DNA of 64,000 bases from a virus. Of this stretch, positions 32,199 through 42,896 are shown piece after piece. Under the pieces are notes generated by a model. That model made no database searches, had not been told where the DNA came from, and was given only the letters and a program-made list of their open reading frames with translations. Position 1 is the stretch's first letter. Each line of letters begins with the position of its first letter. The stretch covers positions 16,343 to 80,342 of the IMG/VR virus record IMGVR_UViG_3300028374_000002; one strand, written 5' to 3'. Both the position numbers and the translations under genes were made by a program.

Positions 32199-32615
32199 TT
32201 ACCCAATCATTTGCTCTAGGTTAGCATTTCTATTTATCATCTTATCACCACCTAATTCTTTTTTTATCATAGAAACTCTGCATTTTAAATTTCTGTCACT
32301 ATCACAACTCGTTATAACAGGATATATACTGTTTCTAGGCTTAATATTAGAGATAGTTCTCTTATGACCGAATCTGTCTGTAAAAGACATTCCAATTACA
32401 TTTTGTGTAAATCCAACTTTCCTACATAACATTCTTTGTATTTCATAATTTTTACCAACATTTTTAGACAATGAGAGTTCGATGTTTATGTTGCAAGATA
32501 ATACGTTGCTACTATGTTCACTTATTAAATATTCTAGACCTTCTCTTTTTGTAATATCAGAAATGGCTTTATCTATTTCTTTCTTGATACTGTCAATTTT
32601 AATTTTAGTAAGCAT
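32199..32615 (-). CDS. hypothetical protein
   Basis: 138-aa ORF, IKPRNSIYPV motif, C-terminal RNANLEQMIG. Confidence 0.6.
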   Translation of the reverse strand: MLTKIKIDSIKKEIDKAISDITKREGLEYLISEHSSNVLSCNINIELSLSKNVGKNYEIQRMLCRKVGFTQNVIGMSFTDRFGHKRTISNIKPRNSIYPVITSCDSDRNLKCRVSMIKKELGGDKMINRNANLEQMIG

Positions 32616-32639
32616 TGTGTATATTTTTTAAGTTGAATA

Positions 32640-32670
32640 CAAATATATAACATAATATGGTATATACAAA
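32640..32670 (-). promoter_or_regulatory. complete Bacteroidota-type housekeeping promoter TTTG-N19-TATATTTG
   Basis: minus strand TTTG (32670-32667), 19-nt spacer, TATATTTG (32647-32640), 24 nt upstream of ATG. Confidence 0.75.
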
Positions 32671-32691
32671 GTATTTGTGCTATTATTTAAA

Positions 32692-32727
32692 AATACTCCC
32701 TTGTTATATCTAAAACAAGGGAGTATT
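32692..32727 (-). terminator. intrinsic terminator
   Basis: 14-bp inverted repeat AATACTCCCTTGTT/AACAAGGGAGTATT just after peptidase stop. Confidence 0.75.
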
Positions 32728-32732
32728 AGTTT

Positions 32733-33806
32733 TTAGACTATGAAGTCAGATTTTAGTTCCTTTAGTGTAGCAAGAAATACTTTTATAGCATTATCAACAT
32801 CATCCTTGTGTGACATCTCAACTGTTGAGTGCATATACTTAAGTGGTGTTGCAATCATGGCAGTTTCTATACCTTCTCTAAAAAAAGATAATGTATCATT
32901 ACCAATAGATCCAATTTCGATTTGTAGTGGTATTTTATTTTCTTTTGCAACATTTCTTATCAAAGCATTAATCCTTTTAGAATTCTGGTGTGTATAATGG
33001 ACACTTGGTCCCTTACCACCTATAACATCACCGTGCTTAGCTTTATTATAAGAAGGTGTCGTTGTGTTGTGGCAAACATCATGCACTAATGCTAAATTAG
33101 GTCTTATTTTCTTGGCCATATGATTTGCACCCTCTAGTCCAACTTCTTCTTGGGAAGAATTCACGACATAAAGGTCAAAATCAAGTTGTATTTTTTTACT
33201 AACAACAAGCCTTGCTACCTCTGCAATAATAAATCCACCAATCTTGTTATCCACACTTTTACAAGTGTAGTAATCTCCAATCATAGAGAATTTAGTATCA
33301 TTTGTAATCAGATTACCCACTTCAACACCACTTTCCAAAACGGCATCCTTATCTTTTAATCCTAAGTCAATATAAAGTTCGTGTTGATCAGGGCCATTTT
33401 CAACACTATTGTTTCTAGTATGAATAGCAGCCCACCCAAATACACCATTAGAAGTGTTTCCATTATGGTGGTGTATAATTACTGGTCTTGATGGTGCAAT
33501 CATATTATCACTACCACCGTTTCTCTTAACTCTTAATAATCCACTATCTTCTATATGTGAAATCATCCATCCAATTTCATCAACATGTGCCTCTATGACA
33601 ACTTTTTTTGCATCTGGTTTACCACATCTTATAATGCCATATGAACTATGATAAACATCTCTGTGTATGTTTTCTCTGTCTATAAATTTAGACAAATATT
33701 CTTCCCATACATCTTGTGCTTCTTTTTCATTACCAGATGGTGAATGTGTGTTTAGATAATTCTCTAAAAATCTTTTACTCTTCTTTCTCATTTTTGCTTT
33801 TTTCAA
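32733..33806 (-). CDS. M42-family metallo-aminopeptidase (start may be ATG at 33791)
   Basis: SPSGNE, AHVDEIG, DNKIG, QEEVGLEGA, YMHSTVE. Confidence 0.9.
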   Translation of the reverse strand: MKKAKMRKKSKRFLENYLNTHSPSGNEKEAQDVWEEYLSKFIDRENIHRDVYHSSYGIIRCGKPDAKKVVIEAHVDEIGWMISHIEDSGLLRVKRNGGSDNMIAPSRPVIIHHHNGNTSNGVFGWAAIHTRNNSVENGPDQHELYIDLGLKDKDAVLESGVEVGNLITNDTKFSMIGDYYTCKSVDNKIGGFIIAEVARLVVSKKIQLDFDLYVVNSSQEEVGLEGANHMAKKIRPNLALVHDVCHNTTTPSYNKAKHGDVIGGKGPSVHYTHQNSKRINALIRNVAKENKIPLQIEIGSIGNDTLSFFREGIETAMIATPLKYMHSTVEMSHKDDVDNAIKVFLATLKELKSDFIV

Positions 33807-33813
33807 TTTATAT

Positions 33814-34011
33814 TTAGTTTAAGTCTTTTAATAATGATTTAGCAGTCTTATACTGCCTTTCGCTTAGTATTCTTATATTTCGCTTGCCAATATTAACTTT
33901 TTCTAAGTATTTATTACTCTTTAATTGCTTTTTTAAGGATGTTAAGAAGGTATTTTCTCCTTTATAAGTTCTTATTTCTTTATTCAATTCTATCTTTTGT
34001 TCCAGTTCCAT
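33814..34011 (-). CDS. small basic hypothetical protein
   Basis: FLTSLKKQL...LSERQ; TATATTTG at 34044-34037. Confidence 0.6.
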   Translation of the reverse strand: MELEQKIELNKEIRTYKGENTFLTSLKKQLKSNKYLEKVNIGKRNIRILSERQYKTAKSLLKDLN

Positions 34012-34121
34012 TATTTGTATGTGGTTAATATTCGTGCAAATATACTAAAAAATATAAATAAGAACCTATAATATTAAACTTTTATACCATTTTATGTTAT
34101 AATATAAAAATAAATACATAT

Positions 34122-34607
34122 ATGAAAATTTTAATTACACCAGATGATATAATAAAAAGAGGGTGTTGGGATTCCTATGTATATTACATTATTGGTTCAG
34201 ACAAGGATGCCCATAAATTATTAGAGGACAATGAAGAGATTGATATGTCCGAAAATGATGCACTTGTCATCGGTCTTCTAAAAGTTATTGAGACTAACAA
34301 TCTAATACACAAGTTTAATACATACATAACAGAGATACTTAGCAACAAGTCTTCAAAGCAAGAAAAAACACTAATGATCAGAAAGAAAACATTAGATTTT
34401 GCATTAGAAAAGTTTTTAAACAAATTTCCCGATTATTGGAACCCCAATGATTACTGGTTAGTACCATTAGGGGAACTCAGAGTTTATATAGATAACATGA
34501 AGGTTAAGATAGATAATCTTGAAATTCATACTATATCTGAAAGAAACTTTGTGAGCGAATTCTATACAACTAATAACGTTAAAAAGCTTCTAAAATTTAA
34601 TTACTAA
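34122..34607 (+). CDS. hypothetical protein
   Basis: 161-aa ORF, first gene of trxB-grpE-dnaJ run. Confidence 0.65.
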   Translation: MKILITPDDIIKRGCWDSYVYYIIGSDKDAHKLLEDNEEIDMSENDALVIGLLKVIETNNLIHKFNTYITEILSNKSSKQEKTLMIRKKTLDFALEKFLNKFPDYWNPNDYWLVPLGELRVYIDNMKVKIDNLEIHTISERNFVSEFYTTNNVKKLLKFNY

Positions 34608-34608
34608 T

Positions 34609-35523
34609 ATGGAAAATGAAAAGAGTGTGATAATAATAGGTTCTGGACCAGCAGGATATACTGCTGCATTGTATGCAGCAAGAGCTGGTTTAAAACCACT
34701 AATGATAACTGGGCAGAAAATAGGAGGGCAATTAACTGATACAAATGATGTTGAAAACTTCCCAGGATATAGAGAGCCAGTAACTGGTCCAAAAATGATG
34801 GAAGATTTTAGATATCAAGCAGAAAAGTTTGGCACTGAAATCATAGAATCCTATATTGAATATGTTGACACTTCACAATATCCCTACGTTATAAAAGACC
34901 ATAGAGGTACAGCATATAAAGCTAAGTCAATAATAATATCAACTGGTGCAGAAACCAAATGGTTAGGTATTGAATCCGAGACTAAATATAGAGGAATGGG
35001 TGTCTCATCATGTGCAACATGTGATGGGTTCTTTTATAAAGACCTTACAGTTATCGTGATTGGAGGCGGAGATACCGCTGCCGAGGAAGCCCTTTATCTT
35101 TCTAACATATGCAAGTCTGTGATAGTTTTAGTTAGAGGGAATGATATGAAGGCATCCAAAATAATGCAAAATCGTTTGTTTGATAATGACAAGATAATAG
35201 TTCATTTTAATACACATATTGAAGAAATATTAGGTGAGGAAAATAAGGGTGTTACTGGTGTAAGGATAGGTTCAGGAGATGTGCTTCAGTGTGATGGTGT
35301 CTTTGTTGCCATTGGACATAATCCAAGCACAGAAATATTCAAAAATATAATTGATTTAGACGATGATGGATACATAATAACTAAGCCTAAAAGTACCGAA
35401 ACTAGTATAGATGGTGTATTTGCATGCGGTGATGTACAAGACAAAAAATATAGACAAGCTATAACAGCCGCAGGTACTGGATGTATGGCGGCATTAGATG
35501 CAGAAAAGTACCTATCAAAATAA
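34609..35523 (+). CDS. trxB: thioredoxin-disulfide reductase
   Basis: GSGPAGYTAA, CATCDG, GGGDTAAEEA, GVFACGDVQD, QAITAAGTG. Confidence 0.97.
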   Translation: MENEKSVIIIGSGPAGYTAALYAARAGLKPLMITGQKIGGQLTDTNDVENFPGYREPVTGPKMMEDFRYQAEKFGTEIIESYIEYVDTSQYPYVIKDHRGTAYKAKSIIISTGAETKWLGIESETKYRGMGVSSCATCDGFFYKDLTVIVIGGGDTAAEEALYLSNICKSVIVLVRGNDMKASKIMQNRLFDNDKIIVHFNTHIEEILGEENKGVTGVRIGSGDVLQCDGVFVAIGHNPSTEIFKNIIDLDDDGYIITKPKSTETSIDGVFACGDVQDKKYRQAITAAGTGCMAALDAEKYLSK

Positions 35524-35539
35524 ATAAAAATAATAAACT

Positions 35540-36064
35540 ATGGAAGATATAACTAAATTTTTAAGGGATCGGGGAGTCATAGATGATAACTCAATAAAAT
35601 TAACTATCATAAAAGATGATGGTGGAGAAATTAACCTTAATGAACTCATAGAGGAATACTCTTCTTCTTATAATGAAAAATATATTAGGACACTTGCAGA
35701 ACTAGAAAATTTCAAAAAACGTGTTAGTAAACAGAAAGAACAACTTAAAAAAGAAGTTCAATTAAAAACTCTTGAATCTGTTCTTGATATACATAATGAA
35801 CTATCTATTGCAGTTGAAAAGACTATAAGCGAAGAGGCTAGAAGAAACTTCCAATCAATGTTAAAAAAACTTGATAATTCCTTTAAAAGTATAGGTCTTG
35901 AAAAGGTTAAGAATAAGCAATATGATGTTGATATACATGAGGTTATAAGTATTGTTGATTGTGAAAAGCATGGCATATATGAAGTTGTATCAAATGGTTA
36001 TATAATGAATGATGAGATAATAAGATATCCTAAGATAATCTTGGGTAAATGTGATGGGGAATAA
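35540..36064 (+). CDS. grpE: nucleotide exchange factor GrpE
   Basis: YIRTLAELENFKKR, YDVDIHEVI, GYIMNDEIIRYPKI. Confidence 0.88.
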   Translation: MEDITKFLRDRGVIDDNSIKLTIIKDDGGEINLNELIEEYSSSYNEKYIRTLAELENFKKRVSKQKEQLKKEVQLKTLESVLDIHNELSIAVEKTISEEARRNFQSMLKKLDNSFKSIGLEKVKNKQYDVDIHEVISIVDCEKHGIYEVVSNGYIMNDEIIRYPKIILGKCDGE

Positions 36065-36067
36065 ATT

Positions 36068-36583
36068 ATGGAAGATTTAGATAAAAGTCAAATGAAAAGG
36101 CAAATTATAATAGATTCTTTGTGTACAGGTATTGTAAATACCTCTGACTTCATAGACGATATAAACTACTTAATAGATAAAAGGATGTGTGACTTATCTG
36201 ACGTTTTATATAATATTAGTATATACGATGGTGAAGATGATAAAATCATAGATCTTATATTACCCACATATAGAAAGGTGTGGTCTTCTGTTTATATAAA
36301 CATTCCAACATATTTCGAATATACATCTAGAGATAGAGATGAAACATTAAAGCTATATCAAATAATGTTTAATGCTGATGATTTCTTTGATCATTTTATA
36401 GAAGTCATAGATAAGACTAGAGGATCTTTTGAAAGATTTGATTATATAGATAAGACGGTTACTCATGTTAGTGTTATAGCGGATGATTATATATGCTACT
36501 TGATAGATCGTGTCTTAAATTGCAAAGATGTAAAAATGGAGATTAGAAATGCAAAATTGAAACAAATAAACAGAAGTAAGTAA
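36068..36583 (+). CDS. hypothetical protein
   Basis: 171-aa ORF; C-terminal IRNAKLKQI. Confidence 0.6.
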   Translation: MEDLDKSQMKRQIIIDSLCTGIVNTSDFIDDINYLIDKRMCDLSDVLYNISIYDGEDDKIIDLILPTYRKVWSSVYINIPTYFEYTSRDRDETLKLYQIMFNADDFFDHFIEVIDKTRGSFERFDYIDKTVTHVSVIADDYICYLIDRVLNCKDVKMEIRNAKLKQINRSK

Positions 36584-36588
36584 CAAGC

Positions 36589-36915
36589 ATGAGCAAACTA
36601 AAAAATTGGAAGCTTAAATCAACTAATATTTCTATTAATGATACTACTAGGAAACGTTGTGAAACTAATGCTGAAATATACATGAATAAGTTTAAAATAA
36701 TATTTGAAAACTTATTCGAATCGTCTTATTATTGTGGTGGTAATGTACCTACAAAACAAGAAGTAGAATCCCATTTAAACTCACTTGGATTTAAACTAAC
36801 TATAAAAAAAGATGGAACTATGGTTTTGAAGTATAGTAGATACTTTGACATAGTACTTGATAGCAATACAAATTCAATAATAAGAGCAATTAAATTAAAA
36901 AATATTTTAAAATGA
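36589..36915 (+). CDS. hypothetical protein
   Basis: 108-aa ORF; C-terminal IRAIKLKNILK. Confidence 0.55.
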   Translation: MSKLKNWKLKSTNISINDTTRKRCETNAEIYMNKFKIIFENLFESSYYCGGNVPTKQEVESHLNSLGFKLTIKKDGTMVLKYSRYFDIVLDSNTNSIIRAIKLKNILK

Positions 36916-37973
36916 AAGATAACTATTACGAAACACTAGGAATTGACAAAAACGCAAGTCAAGATGAAATAAAGAAAGCATATAGAAAGATGGCTTTAAA
37001 ATATCATCCTGATAAAAACCCAGATGATATAGAAGCAGAGGGGAATTTCAAAAAAGCAGCTGAGGCTTATGATACACTAAAGGATGAATCTAAAAGAAAT
37101 AATTATGACAGATTTGGAACTAGTGGAAACTCTAATACTGGTCAAAGTTCCAGCCAAGGCCATGGATTTGGTTTTGAAGACATATTCAATCAATTCGGTG
37201 ATGTTTTTGGGAATTATTCAAAACAAAGATATAACAATTCTACACAACCTAAAAAGAAAGGTTCTAATCTTAGACTAAAGGTCAGTTTAACAATAGAAGA
37301 TATACTAAATGGTGTGAATAAAACATTAAAGTATAATAGAAGGAAACATTGTAACACTTGTTCTGGTAAAGGTGGTAATGAAAGTTCTTCTTGTAATAAA
37401 TGTAGTGGTAGTGGATATAAAATAATCATACAAGAAACACCATTTGGTAGTATGAGGCAACAAGTAATATGTTCTGAATGTGATGGAGATGGTACTCAAA
37501 TAAAAAACAAGTGTAAAGACTGTGGTGGTCTAGGTACTAAAGAAGAATCAGAAAAACTAGATGTTGACATACCAGCAGGTGTTACATCTGGTATGAAGAT
37601 AGGTATGAGTGGGTACGGCAACTATGCTAAGAATGGTATAGCGGGGGATTTACATATTTTTATTGATGAAATAAAAGAAGATTATTTCACCAGGGATAAC
37701 AATAATATACTTATAAACAAAGAGATAAATGTAATAGATGCTATACTAGGTAATGAAGTTGAGGTAAAAACACCAAGAGGCACAATTAAATTAAATATAA
37801 ACCCAGGTACTAAAGATGGACACGTGGCTAGATTCTCTGGTAAAGGAATACCTGATGTGAACTATGGTATGGGAAATATGTATGTTAGTATAAAAATAAG
37901 AATTCCAGCTGATATAAACGGAGAAGAAAGAAAAGTTTTAGAGAAACTAAAAGGCTCTGTTAATTTTAAATAA
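36912..37973 (+). CDS. dnaJ: co-chaperone DnaJ (class A)
   Basis: J-domain HPD, G/F region, four CxxCxGxG repeats, C-terminal domains. Confidence 0.96.
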   Translation: MKDNYYETLGIDKNASQDEIKKAYRKMALKYHPDKNPDDIEAEGNFKKAAEAYDTLKDESKRNNYDRFGTSGNSNTGQSSSQGHGFGFEDIFNQFGDVFGNYSKQRYNNSTQPKKKGSNLRLKVSLTIEDILNGVNKTLKYNRRKHCNTCSGKGGNESSSCNKCSGSGYKIIIQETPFGSMRQQVICSECDGDGTQIKNKCKDCGGLGTKEESEKLDVDIPAGVTSGMKIGMSGYGNYAKNGIAGDLHIFIDEIKEDYFTRDNNNILINKEINVIDAILGNEVEVKTPRGTIKLNINPGTKDGHVARFSGKGIPDVNYGMGNMYVSIKIRIPADINGEERKVLEKLKGSVNFK

Positions 37974-38175
37974 TTAAACATCACCTATATCGTTCATATA
38001 TGAGAAAAGAAGTATAAGACAACTTGAAAATATACAAGCTATCGAAATATTGGTAATTACGTTATAACCATTCACAGAGTTACTAGAAATGATAAACCAC
38101 ATAATAGATATGGTGATGAATGTTCTTCTGTATTTTGCTATTCTTTTCATAGGATGGTAAATATACTAAAACTAA

Positions 38176-38811
38176 TTATATAATTGACACTTTAGCCTTT
38201 CTTTCGTTTAAAAGTATTTGTAATTCATCTTTTCTAAATGTTTTTAGATAAATATCGTTCATAGCATCTGTGTTTTGTAAATCCCATTCACTACCATTTG
38301 ATGTTTGGTATATATATCTCTCATCACCATCAATAATCTCGATACTTCTAGATGTTAACTTTTCATAAAACTTTTTAACATCATCATTTACTTTATACAT
38401 CTTAGCATCTTCCCATCTATCCAAAGAAGAATTCCATGTTTGGAATAACATATAGTCTGGGTTTTCTAATTCATTAGCATTCATGTCATATATGAACATA
38501 AATTTACAGGCTTTATTTAAAAATGTTTGAAAATCATCACTATTCTTAACATCAGACTTCTTAAGTCCTATGCTAGACAAAGAATTTATAAATTCTATAT
38601 TATCCGATAGAAATTCAATATCTAAATTATCAACATACACATCTGTTGGTAGGTCTAGTGTAGTAAATATGTTAACTTCTTCTGCATTTATAGAACTTAT
38701 TAATGAATCATGCCATATATTTAGTGATTCCATTAAATCATCAAAATGTTCATATTCAAAATTGAATTGAATTGATTCTTTATAGCTATTGTAGTCCTTG
38801 ATATATCTCAT
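38176..38811 (-). CDS. hypothetical protein with N-terminal MRYIKDYNSYKES peptide
   Basis: 211-aa ORF; TAATATATA upstream (38841-38833). Confidence 0.65.
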   Translation of the reverse strand: MRYIKDYNSYKESIQFNFEYEHFDDLMESLNIWHDSLISSINAEEVNIFTTLDLPTDVYVDNLDIEFLSDNIEFINSLSSIGLKKSDVKNSDDFQTFLNKACKFMFIYDMNANELENPDYMLFQTWNSSLDRWEDAKMYKVNDDVKKFYEKLTSRSIEIIDGDERYIYQTSNGSEWDLQNTDAMNDIYLKTFRKDELQILLNERKAKVSII

Positions 38812-38897
38812 ATGTATAATTGGTTGTAAAGATATATATTAATTTTTAAAAACAACAATGGTATTTTAATATATAAAGAAAACATATTTATAATTAG

Positions 38898-40265
38898 ATG
38901 AAATGGATTAGAAATTACGAGATATTCAAAGAGAGTAAATCATATTCAAATAAAAATTTAGTTAAAGAAATATGTACTTCAATGGTACTTCTTAACAATA
39001 CGTTTTTAGATGATTTACTAGACAAAGGTATAAAGGCTAGATATTCGTCAAATTCTGATGTATTCCTAACTGATTTAAAAAATCTATTAATTACTAAGAA
39101 TAGATTAGAGTTAGGTAAGTACATTGATGGTAAATGTCAAAAAGATGATGAAATATCCAAAGTAATCGAACATTTTGAAGGTGTTAAGTTTGATATAGAG
39201 AAAGACTGGAAGTTGTTAGTAGATTCAAGAACTACTGCTAGAAGTATTATTGATAAACTTTTAGCAGAGGAAAAGCTAGAAGAGAGTAGAATAAAGAAAG
39301 TATATTGGTTAGGACCAAACAAGACAGATGAATATGGTGAAGATATCGTTGTTGAGTTAAATGATGGTAGACAATTCTCTTTCTTCCTTGATAAAAGCTT
39401 ATCAAAAACAAAAACAGCATCATTTAATAAGCTATCAGAAGAATTAATAGGTAATGATTTAGATAATCTATTCAAGGGTGATTATCTTGAAAAATGGTCA
39501 ATGCTAACACAAGAATGGATTACACTAATTTATGAGAATGTAAATAAAAATATACAATCTCATATTGAAAAATTCATAGACACAAAAAATATTGATAAAA
39601 TAGGATATTTTGATTTCTTTTCGATAAGACACAATGATTCTAGATATAGACACCTTGGGGAATATATGAAAGAGTTTGATAGAAACATACTTAATCTTTC
39701 TGATTTATTAATAGAAGTTTGGAAGGATAAGAAAATGTTTTTTAAAGATGAAGAATTAGTAACTAAAAAGTGGAATGAGACAAAAGTTGTTTTGCTCAAC
39801 TCTAAAATACTAGAAAAGTTATTTACTGATTCTTTCAAAGAAAACTATCTAGATGACATCGATAAACTAGATAATAATTTCAAACTAGCAACTGGTGAAC
39901 TGAAAATGAAGTTATTTAAAATAATTGTTGAAAAATTAGGTTGCGAAGAAAGAAATATTTATTACTTAGATAAGGGTAAATCATTCGAGATGATACCTTC
40001 TAGACAATTCTTTAGAAGATATTTTGATGATTTAGATATAATGTTTGACTATCACGTAGATTTTACAACTGATTCTGAAGATGATAATAATTTTGGGATT
40101 GTTATAAGAGTCGAAATGGATACTGATAAATTATTAGATTTAGACATTGATATAAAGTTTGCTGGTGGTGAGATGTCTGGTAAATTGAATGCTAAGTATA
40201 GTTTTGATATTTCTAAAAATTTTAACTATTTAGTATCTAAAAAGCAAACGTTTAAAGAACAATAA
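38898..40265 (+). CDS. hypothetical protein with N-terminal MKWIRNYEIFKES peptide
   Basis: 455-aa ORF; TAATATATA at 38867-38875. Confidence 0.7.
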   Translation: MKWIRNYEIFKESKSYSNKNLVKEICTSMVLLNNTFLDDLLDKGIKARYSSNSDVFLTDLKNLLITKNRLELGKYIDGKCQKDDEISKVIEHFEGVKFDIEKDWKLLVDSRTTARSIIDKLLAEEKLEESRIKKVYWLGPNKTDEYGEDIVVELNDGRQFSFFLDKSLSKTKTASFNKLSEELIGNDLDNLFKGDYLEKWSMLTQEWITLIYENVNKNIQSHIEKFIDTKNIDKIGYFDFFSIRHNDSRYRHLGEYMKEFDRNILNLSDLLIEVWKDKKMFFKDEELVTKKWNETKVVLLNSKILEKLFTDSFKENYLDDIDKLDNNFKLATGELKMKLFKIIVEKLGCEERNIYYLDKGKSFEMIPSRQFFRRYFDDLDIMFDYHVDFTTDSEDDNNFGIVIRVEMDTDKLLDLDIDIKFAGGEMSGKLNAKYSFDISKNFNYLVSKKQTFKEQ

Positions 40266-40269
40266 CTAA

Positions 40270-40653
40270 TTACTGCTCTTGTGAAAACATTTCTATGAAT
40301 TCTTCATCAAAGTCACCATTATCATCAAAAACTGGGACTTCGTCATAACCTATTTCACACATAAATGGAAAACTTGACTTAGAGTTGTATGTGGTTTTCA
40401 TAATGACATCCTCTCCATTTACAGTAATATGGTAATTTGATACATAAAGACCATCACTACCTAAATCTATTTCAAAAGGCTCACCACTTTCTTCTATGAT
40501 TATACTTATACCTTCTGGTAATTGATGGTCTAATATTTTAAGAGCTAGGACACCCATACATTTAAGTAATTTACTTTCATTAAAGAAATCTCTAGGTATT
40601 ACTCTTTTGTAGTCACTATTATACGATTCGAATGTTTTTATGTTTTTTTCCAT
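40270..40653 (-). CDS. hypothetical protein with N-terminal KNIKTFES peptide
   Basis: 127-aa ORF; TAATATATA upstream (40666-40658). Confidence 0.65.
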   Translation of the reverse strand: MEKNIKTFESYNSDYKRVIPRDFFNESKLLKCMGVLALKILDHQLPEGISIIIEESGEPFEIDLGSDGLYVSNYHITVNGEDVIMKTTYNSKSSFPFMCEIGYDEVPVFDDNGDFDEEFIEMFSQEQ

Positions 40654-40663
40654 ATGATATATA

Positions 40664-41956
40664 TTAAATTCTTATAGTAATATTGTTAGAACCATCTGTT
40701 CTTGTATATCTAGTATTCTCTGAAAATATCACATTATAAGTTGATCTTAAACCATCTAATTCTTCTTCTGATAGACCGATTATCTTCTCCCCATTTGGTA
40801 GCTCAACATCAAAGACAACTATATCCTCATTTACATTCTCTTCAAAGTCACCAGATATACCAGTTAAATCTTTAACATTAACTACCACATTATCTAAATT
40901 ATCTAATTCTTTAAGTAATTCATCTATACTAACTTTTCTCTTAACCTCTCCTAGTGTTGCTTCTATCTTAGTCTGGTCTATATATTTACCAGTTTTAACA
41001 ACTTCCCAATCTTCTAATATCCTCTCAACCTCATCTATATCATCCTCATCAACACGCACAAAGTCATTATTGGGCAGATATTCCATAGAGCGTAATCTTC
41101 TAGCTATTGTTCTAGCCCTTCTACCTTCTTTGTCGCTAGAGGTACTATTTTTTATAGCTGATATAGCTCTTTTTATAAAATCCTCTATTGAAAGAAGTAT
41201 AGACAATATAGAATTTTTTAAAATTCTATATAATTTACTTAGTATAGCTGATATAGTGTTTAGTGCGGCTTCTGAACAAAGAACATTGAGTACAGAAAAA
41301 AAGGGGAATATAGATAAAGCATCTAATGCCTTTGATTTTAATGACAAAAGTAGCATTATTATATCTAATATCATAGTAATCATACCAGGCACATTAAATG
41401 CAAATGGTGCTAACATACCAACACCACCTGATATACTTGTTCCGATTGTAACAACTGCAAAAGCTATTTCTTTCACGAGTTCTACTACCTTTCTAACAAA
41501 TTCCATTATTTTTTGTTTTATAGTTGCTTTAAGGCTTCTTGCTTTTTTATAGTATGGTGAATCTTCTGTAAGTGGATATTGTTTTTGTGTGTCTACTTGT
41601 TTTTTTATAGACTCATCAATAAGATTTTTTTTAAAAGGTGTATCACCCAATTCTGATAGATTAGTTAGTTGGTCTTCACTCTGTGATATTCCTTGTGAGG
41701 TAAGACCTAAACTTGGTCTAGAAGCTGTGTCTTGGGCTTCCTCGTCCGTAGCATCTGTGTTAGTTCCTAGATTTTTAAAACCATCTGTCATAAGTTCTAT
41801 GTCTGCTGGTGGCATTGCGGGATTTTCGTCAGCTATAAGCTTTTTAACTATTTCTTTGTCATCTAATAAGAACTGGTTTATATCAAAACCAGGAATAGCT
41901 GAGCCTAGCTCCCCTTCTATTGAAGTTATATCTTGTAAAAGTTTATTATATGACAT
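40664..41956 (-). CDS. helical protein with central hydrophobic segments
   Basis: ORF 40664-42058; ATG at 41956 (MSYNKLL) preferred because it removes the overlap with the divergent gene. Confidence 0.6.
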   Translation of the reverse strand: MSYNKLLQDITSIEGELGSAIPGFDINQFLLDDKEIVKKLIADENPAMPPADIELMTDGFKNLGTNTDATDEEAQDTASRPSLGLTSQGISQSEDQLTNLSELGDTPFKKNLIDESIKKQVDTQKQYPLTEDSPYYKKARSLKATIKQKIMEFVRKVVELVKEIAFAVVTIGTSISGGVGMLAPFAFNVPGMITMILDIIMLLLSLKSKALDALSIFPFFSVLNVLCSEAALNTISAILSKLYRILKNSILSILLSIEDFIKRAISAIKNSTSSDKEGRRARTIARRLRSMEYLPNNDFVRVDEDDIDEVERILEDWEVVKTGKYIDQTKIEATLGEVKRKVSIDELLKELDNLDNVVVNVKDLTGISGDFEENVNEDIVVFDVELPNGEKIIGLSEEELDGLRSTYNVIFSENTRYTRTDGSNNITIRI

Positions 41957-42028
41957 ACTGTATATATTTTTTATGTAACTTCTCCTAAACATTTTAATAA
42001 ATATGTATATAACAATAAAATATTTATT

Positions 42029-42253
42029 ATGCCAAAAAGTAAAAATAGAAAAGAACACAAATCAAAAGTTCATAAAAGAAATTCTAAAAAAGAGCAAGAT
42101 AAGAAAGATGTAGAGAGACGTAGGGCAAATTACATAAACCAACTCATAGAAAAAGAGCAAGAAAATGGTGTGTTTGATAATGTAGAGCCTTATGATGAGA
42201 TAGATAATGATAAAGAAAGTGATGGTGGTCAAGAACAGAAACCGTTAACTTAA
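42029..42253 (+). CDS. small protein, basic N-half and acidic C-half
   Basis: MPKSKNRKEHK... Confidence 0.55.
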   Translation: MPKSKNRKEHKSKVHKRNSKKEQDKKDVERRRANYINQLIEKEQENGVFDNVEPYDEIDNDKESDGGQEQKPLT

Positions 42254-42569
42254 TTTAGGTTTTACTTCTGCCTCTGTCTCTTGGAGTTCTTTTATATCTT
42301 CTTCAATATAGTGATTGCTTAATACAATATTCATTTCATGTCTTAGGTAATTTCTGATTAAACTTATAGATTTAAAGTTAGAAGATGAAAGACAAGATGA
42401 TGTAAGAAACCAATTTATTAAAAGAATATAATTAATATCCTTTATGTGCTTTATATCTTTATCCATTTGTGTTATAATTTTAACCTTATATATAAAAACT
42501 AAAAAATGAATTTTGACTTTTTTCACAGAATACCTAAACAAATCCAAATATATATATATATACGTAAAT

Positions 42570-42896
42570 ATGATTAAAGATTTAAACGATAAGGAATTAC
42601 TAGACTTTCTTATGAACTCAGACTACGAAGAAGATTTAAAACCAGAAGATTTAACTTATTTACTCTTTAGGTTTAAATACTTCTATAGAATCTTACATGG
42701 TAGAATGGAAAACGCTAAGAGTGAGAAAGGTGCAGAACTTATGAACTTAAAAGATGATTTAAAGTCAATAAGTAAAAAAATGATAGATGTTAAAACGGAA
42801 CTAGCTGATAAAAAAAACTATATAGACCAATTTGAATCTAGAAAGCTAACACTTTCAGAGCGTTGGAAAGGTAAACTAAATATTAAAAATAGATGA
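42570..42896 (+). CDS. coiled-coil hypothetical protein
   Basis: ATG at 42570; LDFLMNSDY, RKLTLSERWKGK. Confidence 0.6.
   Translation: MIKDLNDKELLDFLMNSDYEEDLKPEDLTYLLFRFKYFYRILHGRMENAKSEKGAELMNLKDDLKSISKKMIDVKTELADKKNYIDQFESRKLTLSERWKGKLNIKNR

Noticed and set aside
14760..37973. Bacterial chromosome origin suggested by dnaK, dnaJ, grpE, trxB and nusG
   Set aside because: None sits in its usual bacterial operon (no secE/rplK by nusG). Neighbours are T4-type topoisomerase, RNase H, RNA ligase, homing endonucleases and orphans.
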